Below, one piece after another: positions 38,671 to 48,448 of a stretch of DNA of 64,000 nt (the stretch's first letter is position 1; every line of letters begins with the position of its first letter). Source of the stretch: Parasphingorhabdus sp. (GTDB taxonomy: Bacteria; Pseudomonadota; Alphaproteobacteria; Sphingomonadales; Sphingomonadaceae); contig JAUCYS010000016.1 of the NCBI GenBank assembly GCA_030373505.1, forward strand, positions 7,576-71,575, read 5' to 3'. Below the pieces are notes generated by a model. The model saw only the letters and a program-made list of their open reading frames with translations, had not been told where the DNA came from and ran no database searches. The position numbers and the translations under genes are program-made.

Positions 38671-39837
38671 GTGCTGCGCATCCCCAACCGGCAGGCCCGC
38701 TGGCTCTGGCTCGAGGCGCAGGGCCTGTCCGACAGCCCGACCGGTCCGCTGGACCTGCCGGACACCATCCGCCGCCTCGGCTTTGTTCAGCTCGACACCA
38801 TCCAGAACGTCACCCGCGCCCACCACCACATCCTCTGGAGCCGCAACCAGAATTACCGCGAACCGATGCTCGACCGGATGCTGGGCCGGGACCGGACGGT
38901 CTTTGAGCATTTCACTCACGACGCCTCGATTCTGCCCATGGAATTTTACCCGATGTGGCAACGCCAGTTCCGGCGGCTGGGCGCAAAGGTCGCCGGTTAC
39001 GCGTCCTATCAGAAGGCGGCCCAGCAAATCGCCCCGGAGCAGATCAAGGCGCGGATTGCGCAGGAAGGCCCGCTCTCCACTCATGATTTCGATACCCGGG
39101 TCGAGGGCGAAAAGCAGATGTGGGATCGTCCGCCGCACAAACGAGTGCTCGACCAGCTCTGGTATGCCGGCGACCTCGCGACCTCCCACCGCCAGAATTT
39201 TGCCAAATATTATGATCTGACGGAACGAGTCATCCCGTCGCATCATCGCGAAGCCGCTCATGAGGATTCCGCTCAGATCGACTGGCTGTGCCGCAATGCA
39301 CTGGACCGTCTCGCCTTCGCTTCGCTGGGTGAAATCCAGCGTTTCTGGGGCGCGGTCGATGCGAAAGAAGTGAGAGCCTGGTCACAATCGGTTCGCGATC
39401 CTGTTCCGGTCCTGGTGGGATCGCGCGACGGAACATGGCGCAATGCGCTTGCTGCGGTGGATATCGAATCGCGTCTGGCCGCTGTTCCCGCGCCGACATC
39501 CCGGCTGCGGATCATCAATCCGTTCGACCCGGTGGTGCGCGATCGCAACCGGCTGGAAGCGCTGTTCGGCTTTGCCTATCGCAACGAAATGTTCGTGCCC
39601 GCCGCGCAGCGCAAATGGGGCTATTATGTCTATCCGATATTGGAAGGCGACCGTTTCGTCGGCCGGATCGAGATTAAGGCAGACCGATCCGCCGGCACGC
39701 TCCGGGTGACGCAATTCTGGCAGGAACCGGGCATCGCCTGGCCTGCCGGACGACAGGAAAAGCTGGCGGCAGAACTGGGGCGTCTGGGACGGCTGATCGG
39801 AGTCAGCGAAATATTGTGGGAATGTGACCGCGCGTAA
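38671..39837 (+). CDS. YcaQ/AlkZ-family (HTH_42) crosslink-repair DNA glycosylase
   Basis: GFVQLDTI (QxD), FEHFTHDAS, NPFDPVVRDR, RKWGYYVYPIL motifs. Confidence 0.88.
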   Translation: MLRIPNRQARWLWLEAQGLSDSPTGPLDLPDTIRRLGFVQLDTIQNVTRAHHHILWSRNQNYREPMLDRMLGRDRTVFEHFTHDASILPMEFYPMWQRQFRRLGAKVAGYASYQKAAQQIAPEQIKARIAQEGPLSTHDFDTRVEGEKQMWDRPPHKRVLDQLWYAGDLATSHRQNFAKYYDLTERVIPSHHREAAHEDSAQIDWLCRNALDRLAFASLGEIQRFWGAVDAKEVRAWSQSVRDPVPVLVGSRDGTWRNALAAVDIESRLAAVPAPTSRLRIINPFDPVVRDRNRLEALFGFAYRNEMFVPAAQRKWGYYVYPILEGDRFVGRIEIKADRSAGTLRVTQFWQEPGIAWPAGRQEKLAAELGRLGRLIGVSEILWECDRA

Positions 39838-39852
39838 AATCGCGGGCTGGTG

Positions 39853-40386
39853 TTACTTGACGGTGCCGCGAAAGCGCAATTCGCCGGATGCGCCGGGGGC
39901 AATCGGCTTTGGCAGTATCCAGCGGATATGGGTGACATCGGACGCCACTGCTGGCCGGCTGGCCTGCTCGCCATCAACCACGCTCAGTTCCGTCAATTTT
40001 CCGAAGGTCTTGCCGCCATCCACCGAGACCAGCGCCCAGTCTTCCAGCACCTCGACAAAGCTGACAGCCTTGTGGACGGGATTGTTGACCACAAAGCCGG
40101 TCACAGCCTGATCGCCGCTATTCTGATAGCGATTGATGAACAGCAGCTTGTCTCCGGGAACGATCTTGACCGTCGCAGGATCGACGAGCTCCGTAGCATT
40201 TTCGCCATTTTCGGATTGCACCGTCCGCTCGACCTTGATCAGGCTGTCGATTTTTACATCGCTTTGCGGGTCAGCGGTCGCTGCCGCAAGCGGAGCGGCA
40301 TAGGCAATATGAGATACGGATACCCCGGTCATCAGAACACCGGCAACCAGAGTTGCTTCGAGCAAAATCATACGCATATTCGACAT
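39853..40386 (-). CDS. Exported protein with DUF11-like (conserved repeat) domain
   Basis: Signal peptide, VPGDKL, SVDGGKTFG, VTHIRW, PGASGELRF motifs. Start uncertain. Confidence 0.7.
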   Translation of the reverse strand: MSNMRMILLEATLVAGVLMTGVSVSHIAYAAPLAAATADPQSDVKIDSLIKVERTVQSENGENATELVDPATVKIVPGDKLLFINRYQNSGDQAVTGFVVNNPVHKAVSFVEVLEDWALVSVDGGKTFGKLTELSVVDGEQASRPAVASDVTHIRWILPKPIAPGASGELRFRGTVK

Positions 40387-40463
40387 TTCACTGATCCTGT
40401 TCATCCATATGGGATCGGGCAATGGCACCCGGTCCGTCTTCACCGGGAATATCGACAAACTTG

Positions 40464-40479
40464 GTTAATTTCCCGTTAA
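40464..40479 (-). promoter_or_regulatory. CtrA box
   Basis: Minus strand TTAA-CGGGAAA-TTAAC, a full match to TTAA-N7-TTAAC. Confidence 0.7.
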
Positions 40480-40603
40480 AGCTTTTCGTGAAATTGCCGG
40501 TCCGGTGCCGAGAGAGCGGAACATCTTGCAAAAACTGTGGTATGCCGAACGGGCGTTGTTATTCGTTGGCGTCGCGATTCATCAACCGCTAAAGAGAAAG
40601 GCG

Positions 40604-42712
40604 ATGGGTCGAACCACATATCGTTGCTGCCGCGGCATGCTGTTTATTCTGCTGATGGGTGCGCTCATCCGGCCCGCCAGCGCCCAGACGGCAGCAGCAC
40701 CCGCCGCAGCCGCAACGGACGAGACGGATCTCGAAACACCGCTTGACCCGGATCAGCCGCTCACCGAATTTCCGGATTTCGGTGTCGAATGGCCCGATCT
40801 GGATGACACAACAGAGCCGACGCTTGACGAGAGCGAGACGGAAACGACTGCTGTCCCGGCGTTAGAAGAGAATAGCCCGGATCAGCAGGCACCGGCTGAG
40901 CAGGCGCCGGCCGAGGAACGGCTGTTCGAGAACGAAAGCGCGGCTGACGAGTATCGACCCACTGATGCGCTGGCGGAAACCGCCTACCGGATCAGCTTTG
41001 AAGGATTGCCCGATCGGCTGGGGGAAAGCTTTGCCAGCCGCTTCGAGATATTGTCGGCGTTGGAACAATATCGCGACGACGATGCCAATTTTGCCCAGAT
41101 TCGCAGACGCGCGCAAAGCGATGAAGAACTGGTCGAACGGCTGCTCAGAATAGAGGGCTATTATGACGCGGTCGTCCAGACGCGTTTCGAGACCGACGGT
41201 GCGGAGCGTGTCCATGTGGTCATCGAGGTCCAGGCGGGACCGTTATATAAGCTCGCGGCGATCACCTTGCCCGGCCTCGAAAAGGCCGTGCCGCCCGATC
41301 CGGAAAAATTCCGCGAGACCTTTGGCTTGCAGACAGGGGCAATCGTCAACAGCGACGAGATCACCGAAGCCATTGGCCGGCTTGATACGGCGATGGTGGA
41401 AAATGGCTATGCCTTTGGCAAAACCGGCGAACCCGAGCTGGAAATCGATCATGCCGCGCGTCTGGGCGATCTCGAAGTTCCGGTCGTGCCCGGCGGTCGT
41501 TTCCATTACGGTTCGATTGTCATGGCGCAGAGCGATCTGTTCGATGCCGATCATGTGCAGATGATCGCCCGTTTCGCCCCCGGCGATCTCTACCAGGCCT
41601 CGGATGTCGAGGATCTGCGCCGGGCCCTGATCGCGACCGGTCTGGTTTCGACCCTGTCCATCGACCCCGTGGTGGCCGACGATCCGGACAAGGTGGATAT
41701 CGCCGTTAATGTAACCCCGGCACCGCTGCGCACCATCGCCGGCGAACTGGGCTATGGCACCGGCGAAGGCGCCCGGGCCGAAGTCAGCTGGGAGCACCGG
41801 AATTTCTTTCCGCCGGAAGGCCTGATCCGCTTCACCGGTGTCCTTGCAACGCAGGAACAATCCGGCAGCATTGCCTATCGCCGCAACAATTATCATCGGC
41901 GTGACAATGTTCTGAACGGTCGTACGGCGCTCAGCGTCGTCGATCGTCCTGCGTTCAAGGCGCAGACTTTCTCTGTTGCCGCCAATATCGAGCGGAAAAG
42001 CAGTCTGATTTACCAGAAACGCTGGAGCTGGTCCGCGGGCGTCGAACTGCTGGCATCGCGGGAAACCGATGTCACCGGGCCCACCGGTGCGACCGGCCGG
42101 GACACCTATTTCATCGGCGCGCTGCCCGGACTCGTCACCTTTGACGCCAGCGATGATCTGCTCGATCCGACCAGGGGTTTTCGTCTGTCGGCCCGGGTGG
42201 CACCGGAAGCGTCCCTGCAAAGTGGCAGCTTTTTCTACGTCCGCAACCAGTTCGACGGCAGCGCCTATTTCCCGGTCTCCGACAAGATCGTGCTGGCCGG
42301 ACGTACCCGGCTCGGCTCGATCGTAGGTGCCGGCAACAACCGGATCGCGCCCTCCCGCCGTCTCTATGCCGGCGGCGGCGGCTCGGTTCGCGGCTATGGC
42401 TATCAGAGCATCGGTCCGCGCGACCCCAATAATGATCCCGTCGGTGGCCGCTCGCTGGTTGAATTTGCGCTCGAGGCACGGGTCAAGACCGGATGGTTTG
42501 GTGGCAATCTGGGCATCGTGCCCTTCATCGACGGCGGCAATGTCTATACCAGCAGCACCCCCGACTTTTCCGGCATGCGCTATGGGGCCGGTATTGGGGT
42601 GCGCTATTATAGCGATTTCGGACCGATCCGGATCGATGTCGGTACGCCGATCAACCCGCAGCCGGGTGACACGCGCGTCGCCGTCTATGTATCGCTTGGG
42701 CAGGCCTTCTAG
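40604..42712 (+). CDS. tamA: TamA (Omp85 family) outer membrane protein
   Basis: POTRA region, YAGGGGSVRGY, GPIRIDVG, ending SLGQAF. Start approximate. Confidence 0.92.
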   Translation: MGRTTYRCCRGMLFILLMGALIRPASAQTAAAPAAAATDETDLETPLDPDQPLTEFPDFGVEWPDLDDTTEPTLDESETETTAVPALEENSPDQQAPAEQAPAEERLFENESAADEYRPTDALAETAYRISFEGLPDRLGESFASRFEILSALEQYRDDDANFAQIRRRAQSDEELVERLLRIEGYYDAVVQTRFETDGAERVHVVIEVQAGPLYKLAAITLPGLEKAVPPDPEKFRETFGLQTGAIVNSDEITEAIGRLDTAMVENGYAFGKTGEPELEIDHAARLGDLEVPVVPGGRFHYGSIVMAQSDLFDADHVQMIARFAPGDLYQASDVEDLRRALIATGLVSTLSIDPVVADDPDKVDIAVNVTPAPLRTIAGELGYGTGEGARAEVSWEHRNFFPPEGLIRFTGVLATQEQSGSIAYRRNNYHRRDNVLNGRTALSVVDRPAFKAQTFSVAANIERKSSLIYQKRWSWSAGVELLASRETDVTGPTGATGRDTYFIGALPGLVTFDASDDLLDPTRGFRLSARVAPEASLQSGSFFYVRNQFDGSAYFPVSDKIVLAGRTRLGSIVGAGNNRIAPSRRLYAGGGGSVRGYGYQSIGPRDPNNDPVGGRSLVEFALEARVKTGWFGGNLGIVPFIDGGNVYTSSTPDFSGMRYGAGIGVRYYSDFGPIRIDVGTPINPQPGDTRVAVYVSLGQAF

Positions 42713-45700
42713 ATGGCAGAGCATCTCGAAAGCCCCGCTGCAAGGTCCCGCCGCTGGCGCTGGCCGCTGCGCAGCCTGCTGGCGCTGGCGGTACTGGCCG
42801 GTCTTGCTCTGGCCGGCGCTGCTCTCTGGCTGGACAGCGACGCCGGGCATCGCTTCATAATCGGTCAGGTTGAAGCGCTCGCCCCGGAAACCGGACTGCG
42901 CATCCGCGTCGGCGAGATTGACGGCTCGATTTACAGCGAGGCCGAAGTGAAGGGGCTCACGCTCAGCGATCCCAAGGGTACTTTTTTCAGGGCGGAGACA
43001 GCGGCGGTAGACTGGAACCCGCTGGCCTGGATATTCAACGAACTCAATATTTCCGAGGCCATAATCAAAAATGCGCGGCTCGACCGCTTGCCCGATTTGA
43101 TCGATACCGGAAAAGACCAGCCGCTGTTGCCGGGTTTCGACATTTATATCGGTGCCTTCCGGGCCGACAATATAGCGCTGGGAAAAGCCATCACCGGCTC
43201 CGAACAACTGGCCAACCTGTCGGGCTCCGCCGACATAAGGGCCGGCCGGGCAATGGTCCATCTCGATGCAACGACGACCGGCAGCGGCGACAAGCTGTTT
43301 CTCGCCCTGAACGCGGAACCGGAACGCAAGAAACTGGATATCGATGCCGAAGTGATTGCTCCCGCCGGTGGCGTATTGGCCGGTGCGCTCGGACTCGAGC
43401 GCGATCTGGCCGTCACCGTCAAGGGCGACGGCAGCTGGCAGAAATGGAATGGCGAGCTCAACGCGCTCAGCAATGGCGACTCCCTCGCGCAAATCACGCT
43501 GGAAGCGACAGACGGATTGTTCGCCTATGACGGAAACCTGACAGGCGCCGTCATGCCCGCCGGATTGGCGCAAAAGCTGGCATCGCCCCGTCTGCTGGTC
43601 AAGGGCACCGCGCGGTTCGAGAACCGCCTGGCATCGCTGGATCTGGAGGCCCGGTCGAAGGCGCTGGTCCTGACTGCGCAGGGCGGGGTTGATCTCGGAC
43701 GCGCCAGTCTCGATGCGATGCGGATCGAGAGCCGACTGATCGATCCGTCGGCGCTCGCCCGCAATCTGAAGGCGCAGGATTTCGAGCTCAAGGCCCTGCT
43801 CAACGGCAAATTCTCCGAATTGCGCTATCAATATCTGCTGACCGCGCCGCAGCTGGCGATCGGCAAGACTCTGCTGACCGGTGTTCGGGGCGAAGGGGAG
43901 GGGCGCCGCGAGGCGGGTGGCTGGAACATTCCGCTAGAACTGTCCGTCGGTACGGTAATCGGCAACGGCGAGCTGCTCAAGCGGCTGCTGTCCGGCTTCA
44001 CCGCAAGCGGCTTGCTCCGGCTTGAGAAGGATCTGCTGTTCGCCGAGCGCGCCCGCGTCTCGACCGGAACCGCCAAGGGCACGCTGGACTTTGAAATGCG
44101 TCCCTCGACCGGTGATTTTGGGATCAATATCGCTGCCACCGCGCCGTCCTTTGCCATGCCGGGAGTCGGGGTCGCCGATATCATAGCCGATATCGATCTC
44201 GGACCCGGAAATGGCGGTCTTGCGCTGGACGGCCAGATCGACGCCCGCTTGCGGCGCTTTGATATCGCTTTCCTGCGCGAGCTGGCGGGCGGTCTCCCGC
44301 GGTTGCAAACCGGGCTGTCGCTCGGACCGGACGGACGTTTGCGGTTCACCAATCTCAATGTCAAAGCCCCCGATCTGCTGTTCAGGGGTTCGGGCAAACA
44401 GACCGGGGCAGCGACCTTCACCTTCCAGGGATCGGGCAGCCAGAACAGCTACGGGCCTTTTGATCTCAAGCTCGATGGTCCGCTCGAACGGCCCAAAATC
44501 GCTCTGCTGCTCGACAGTCCGCTCCCCGCAGCCAGCCTGTCAGCGGTTCGTCTCGATCTCGATCCGGTCAAGGCGGGATTTTCTTATACCGCCGTGGGCG
44601 GCTCGACGCTGGGACCGTTCAGCAGCGAAGGCGCGATTGTAACGGCGCCCGGTCAGGATACCGCGGTGCGGGTCGACCGGCTGCTGGTTTCCGACACGCT
44701 TGCCACCGGTACGATCCTGACCACCGCAAGGGGGCTCTCGGGCACGCTGGCGGTCAGCGGCGGCGGAGTGGACGGGGATGTGCTGTTCCGGCCCGGCGAC
44801 GGACGGCAGCTGATCCGCGCCAATCTCAAGGCGGAAAACGCCCGCTTCGATGGCAATCCGCCGCTCTTCATCCGTACCGCTCAGCTCGACGCCGATATCG
44901 TTCTGATCGAAGGCCGGTCCAATATCGACGCCACGCTCCGGGCGCAGGGGATCAGCCGCGGCGAGCTGGTTGTTGGCCGGATCGCCGGCAATGCCAAGCT
45001 GACCAACGGCAGGGGTACGGCCACCTTCGCCGTGGCCGGAACGCGTGGCAGCACGTTCGAATTTCAGGCGAAAGCCGATATCTCTCCCGATCTCTACCGG
45101 ATCACCGGCGCCGGCGAGTTTGAGAGCCGCAGTCTCCGACTGGCCCGGCCGCTCGAGCTCCGACGGGTTGGCGATGGCTGGACCGCGTCGCCGACCACGA
45201 TCAGCTATGGCAGTGGCAGCGTCCGTCTGTCCGGTCGGTGGGGAGGCGGCGATTCCAGGCTCGATCTGGCAATGGCGAAAATGCCGCTGTCGCTGCTCGA
45301 CATCGCCTATGGAGATCTTGGTCTCGGCGGCACCACCAGCGGCACCGTCAAGCTCAGCCAGACCGGCGCGCAGGTGCCGGTTGGCGACGCCAGGCTGACG
45401 GTGAAGGGGCTGACCCGCTCGGGCCTGATCCTCACCTCCACGCCGGTGGATCTCGGCCTCAATATCGCCATCTCCCAGCGCAATGCAGCGGCGCGGGGAA
45501 TCATCAGGTCGCCCGGTGGCAAGACCATCGGCCGCTTCCAGGGCAGGGTGACCGGACTGGGCACGGGGCGCTGGCAGGACGAGCTGTTGCGCCGGCCGCT
45601 ATTTGCGCAGGCCCGTTTCAATGGCGGTGCCGAGAGCCTGTGGCGTCTTACCGGCGTCGAAACCTTCGACCTGACCGGACCGGTGGCGGCCAGTGCCGAT

Positions 45701-46885
45701 GTCAGCGGCAGCCTCGCCAGCCCCCAGATCAAGGGTCAGGTCCGTACCAGCAGTGCGCGCCTGGAAAGCCCGCTGACCGGGACCGTTGTCTCCAATATCA
45801 AGGCCGCCGGCCAGTTTGACGGCTCGCGTCTCGTGCTGTCCAACCTCACCGGAACGACCGCCAATGGCGGAACCGTGAGCGGCAGTGGCAGTTTCAATTT
45901 TGCCGTCGCGCCCGGCGAGGGGATCGGCATCTCTGTGGACGTTGATGCCCGGCAGGCGGCGCTGATCGCCCGCGATGATTTTGCCGCCACCGTGACCGGT
46001 CCGATCAAGATCCGCAGCTCGCCCGACGGCGGCCTGATTTCGGGTGACGTGGTCCTCAACCGCAGCTTCTTCCGCTTTGGCCAGGCAAGCGCGCGCGCCA
46101 GCCTGCCTGACATCAAGACCCGCGAAATCAACCGGCGCGCGGACGAACGGCCGGTGCGGGTTCGTGACCGGCCCTGGCGTTTCGACCTCACCGCGAACGC
46201 GCCGAACCGGTTGCGCGTCGAAGGCATGGGCCTCGACAGCGAATGGAGCGCCAATCTGAAGATTTCCGGACCGGTGGACAATTTCGCCATGGTCGGCACC
46301 GCCAACATGCTTCAGGGCAATTATACCTTCGCCGGCCGGCGCTTCCGGCTCGAGCGCGGGCGAATCCGCTTTGTCGGCAACCAGCCGGTCAATCCGATCC
46401 TGGATATCGAGGCCGAGGCCAATCTGACCGGTCTCAACGCCACGATCAACGTCACCGGCACCGGCAACGAGCCGGAGATCGCCTTCGCCAGCATCCCGGC
46501 GCTGCCGCAGGACGAACTGCTCTCGCGGATCCTGTTTGGGGCCTCGATTGCCAATCTGTCCGCGCCGGAAGCGGTCCAGCTGGCGGCGGCCGTCGCCTCG
46601 CTGAACAGCAGCGGCGGCGGTCTTGATCCGATCAACCAGCTGCGCAAGGCGGTGGGTCTCGACCGGCTCCGGATATTGCCGTCCGACACCGATGCCGGCT
46701 CGGGCACCTCGATCGCCGCCGGCAAATATATCACGCGCCGAATCTATGTCGAACTGATCACCGACGGCAAGGGCTATAGCGCGACCCAGCTGGAATTCCA
46801 GATCACCCGCTGGCTGTCGATCCTGTCGACCATCTCGACCCTCGGCCGGCAGAGCGCCAATGTGCGGGTGAGCAAGGACTACTGA
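42713..46885 (+). CDS. tamB: Translocation and assembly module TamB
   Basis: 1390 aa, N-terminal anchor, C-terminal LPQDELLSRILFG...AGKYIT; adjacent to tamA. Confidence 0.92.
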   Translation: MAEHLESPAARSRRWRWPLRSLLALAVLAGLALAGAALWLDSDAGHRFIIGQVEALAPETGLRIRVGEIDGSIYSEAEVKGLTLSDPKGTFFRAETAAVDWNPLAWIFNELNISEAIIKNARLDRLPDLIDTGKDQPLLPGFDIYIGAFRADNIALGKAITGSEQLANLSGSADIRAGRAMVHLDATTTGSGDKLFLALNAEPERKKLDIDAEVIAPAGGVLAGALGLERDLAVTVKGDGSWQKWNGELNALSNGDSLAQITLEATDGLFAYDGNLTGAVMPAGLAQKLASPRLLVKGTARFENRLASLDLEARSKALVLTAQGGVDLGRASLDAMRIESRLIDPSALARNLKAQDFELKALLNGKFSELRYQYLLTAPQLAIGKTLLTGVRGEGEGRREAGGWNIPLELSVGTVIGNGELLKRLLSGFTASGLLRLEKDLLFAERARVSTGTAKGTLDFEMRPSTGDFGINIAATAPSFAMPGVGVADIIADIDLGPGNGGLALDGQIDARLRRFDIAFLRELAGGLPRLQTGLSLGPDGRLRFTNLNVKAPDLLFRGSGKQTGAATFTFQGSGSQNSYGPFDLKLDGPLERPKIALLLDSPLPAASLSAVRLDLDPVKAGFSYTAVGGSTLGPFSSEGAIVTAPGQDTAVRVDRLLVSDTLATGTILTTARGLSGTLAVSGGGVDGDVLFRPGDGRQLIRANLKAENARFDGNPPLFIRTAQLDADIVLIEGRSNIDATLRAQGISRGELVVGRIAGNAKLTNGRGTATFAVAGTRGSTFEFQAKADISPDLYRITGAGEFESRSLRLARPLELRRVGDGWTASPTTISYGSGSVRLSGRWGGGDSRLDLAMAKMPLSLLDIAYGDLGLGGTTSGTVKLSQTGAQVPVGDARLTVKGLTRSGLILTSTPVDLGLNIAISQRNAAARGIIRSPGGKTIGRFQGRVTGLGTGRWQDELLRRPLFAQARFNGGAESLWRLTGVETFDLTGPVAASADVSGSLASPQIKGQVRTSSARLESPLTGTVVSNIKAAGQFDGSRLVLSNLTGTTANGGTVSGSGSFNFAVAPGEGIGISVDVDARQAALIARDDFAATVTGPIKIRSSPDGGLISGDVVLNRSFFRFGQASARASLPDIKTREINRRADERPVRVRDRPWRFDLTANAPNRLRVEGMGLDSEWSANLKISGPVDNFAMVGTANMLQGNYTFAGRRFRLERGRIRFVGNQPVNPILDIEAEANLTGLNATINVTGTGNEPEIAFASIPALPQDELLSRILFGASIANLSAPEAVQLAAAVASLNSSGGGLDPINQLRKAVGLDRLRILPSDTDAGSGTSIAAGKYITRRIYVELITDGKGYSATQLEFQITRWLSILSTISTLGRQSANVRVSKDY

Positions 46886-47022
46886 TTTTTTTCGGCTTTC
46901 CCCTTGGGGGAGGATGCGATCCGGGCATGGTGATGGCGTCGCTGCCCTTTCTGCCCATGCAGGCCGGGGTCATCCTTATGCAGACCCTCACCGACTTGGC
47001 CCAGCAGCCCGGCCTTGCGAGC

Positions 47023-47751
47023 CTATAACAGGAAGGGCCAGAGAGCGGTCGTCGCAACCGCCAGACTACCAGCCATGATAGCGCCGGCAAGCAGCCGGGT
47101 GCCGTGCAGTCTGGTCCACAGCAGAAATCCCGTGATGCTCATGGCAATCAGCGCGCCGGCGATCGTGTCCATGAACAGGACCCAGACCAGCCCCACGCCG
47201 GAACCCTTGTGGAGATTTTTAAGAAACCCCCAGAGATTCTGGCTGCTTTGCTTGACCGAAACGCTGGCGGAACCCTTCACATGTTCGACGGTCAGACGGC
47301 CATTGGGGTGATTGAAACTCAATTCCCATTTTTCTGCCTCGGAGCGCTCCCTGCCGAGAAACCGCTTGGCTGATTTCTGGTCGCTCTTCTCGCCCTTGCC
47401 TGGGCCCTTGCCGCGGGGAGGGCGCGGTTCGCTTTGAAGAGCAAATTCGGCCTGGGCCCATTTGCCCAGCGCATCCTCATCCTTGATCGACCCTGCCGGG
47501 ACGGCAATATCCATTGCACTCACTTCAATGGGCTCGCCGGTCTCGATTTTCCATATGCTGCGATGATTGAGCAATATGCCGCTCGTCCCCAGCATCAGGA
47601 AGAGCAAAGCACCCCAGAAACCGGTCCAGGCGTGGGTGCGTTTCAGCCAGCGGACGGCAGCGCCGCGCTGCCATTCCCGCGGGACGAACAGCAGACCGGA
47701 CTGGTTCCGTTTTTTCGGGGTGACAGGTTTCAGGATCATAAGTCTGCCCAT
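47023..47751 (-). CDS. PepSY-associated TM helix protein
   Basis: HAWTG...SGILLNH, LHKG, SITGFLLW motifs. Confidence 0.85.
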   Translation of the reverse strand: MGRLMILKPVTPKKRNQSGLLFVPREWQRGAAVRWLKRTHAWTGFWGALLFLMLGTSGILLNHRSIWKIETGEPIEVSAMDIAVPAGSIKDEDALGKWAQAEFALQSEPRPPRGKGPGKGEKSDQKSAKRFLGRERSEAEKWELSFNHPNGRLTVEHVKGSASVSVKQSSQNLWGFLKNLHKGSGVGLVWVLFMDTIAGALIAMSITGFLLWTRLHGTRLLAGAIMAGSLAVATTALWPFLL

Positions 47752-48422
47752 TTCCGCAACAGGTTATGGAAAGTCGAGGTCAGGCCCAGCACACTGGGAT
47801 GCTTGTCGCCCAGTTCCTGCCGGGCCAGGGTGATCGATTGATCAAAACGGTATAGCAGCGCGCGATTGCTGTCATCGCGCACCATCGACTGCGTCCAGAA
47901 GAACGAGGCCCAGCGGCTGCCCCGTGTAATCGGTTCGACCCGATGCAGGCTGTCGGCGGGATAGAGGACCATGTCGCCGGCAGGAAGCTTCACCCGCTGT
48001 TCGCCATAATGATCCTCGATCGCCAGCTCGCCGCCGTCATAATCCTCCGGATCGGTCAGGAACAAGGTCGACGAAAGGTCGGTCCGAATCCGCTGCCGCG
48101 CGGAACCGATATAGCGGATGGCATTGTCGACATGGCTGTCAAAGCCCATGCCTTCATTATAGCGGTTGAACAGCGGCGGAAAGACGCGGTGGGGCAGGGC
48201 CGCCGCGTTGAACATTGCATTGCTGCCCAGTGCGCGCAGGATGATCTCGCCCAGCGCCTTGGCTTCCGGCGCGTCCTCGGGAACCTGCAGATTCTTCTTC
48301 GCCAGCGCCGCTTGCGCGCCGGAGGTCACATTCCCGTCCACCCATTCGGTTCCGGCAAGCGTCTTGCGAAGATGGTTCACCTCTTCGCGGTTCAGGACGG
48401 ACGGGATGTGTAACAGCATCAA
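47736..48422 (-). CDS. piuC: PKHD-type Fe(II)/2-oxoglutarate dioxygenase (PiuC/YbiX)
   Basis: PPLFNRY, HVDNA, RTDLSSTLFL, YDGGEL, HNLLRKWA motifs. Confidence 0.93.
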   Translation of the reverse strand: MMLLHIPSVLNREEVNHLRKTLAGTEWVDGNVTSGAQAALAKKNLQVPEDAPEAKALGEIILRALGSNAMFNAAALPHRVFPPLFNRYNEGMGFDSHVDNAIRYIGSARQRIRTDLSSTLFLTDPEDYDGGELAIEDHYGEQRVKLPAGDMVLYPADSLHRVEPITRGSRWASFFWTQSMVRDDSNRALLYRFDQSITLARQELGDKHPSVLGLTSTFHNLLRKWADL

Positions 48423-48448
48423 ATGACTTTCTTCTGTGAACCGCTAGC

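Noticed and set aside
41243-43831. Long antisense ORFs (862 aa here; also 17275-18864, 19011-20807, 33432-35813, 55479-57473, 57937-59565, 61873-63558)
   Set aside because: They shadow well-supported genes on the opposite strand, as expected in high-GC DNA, and have no recognisable motifs.
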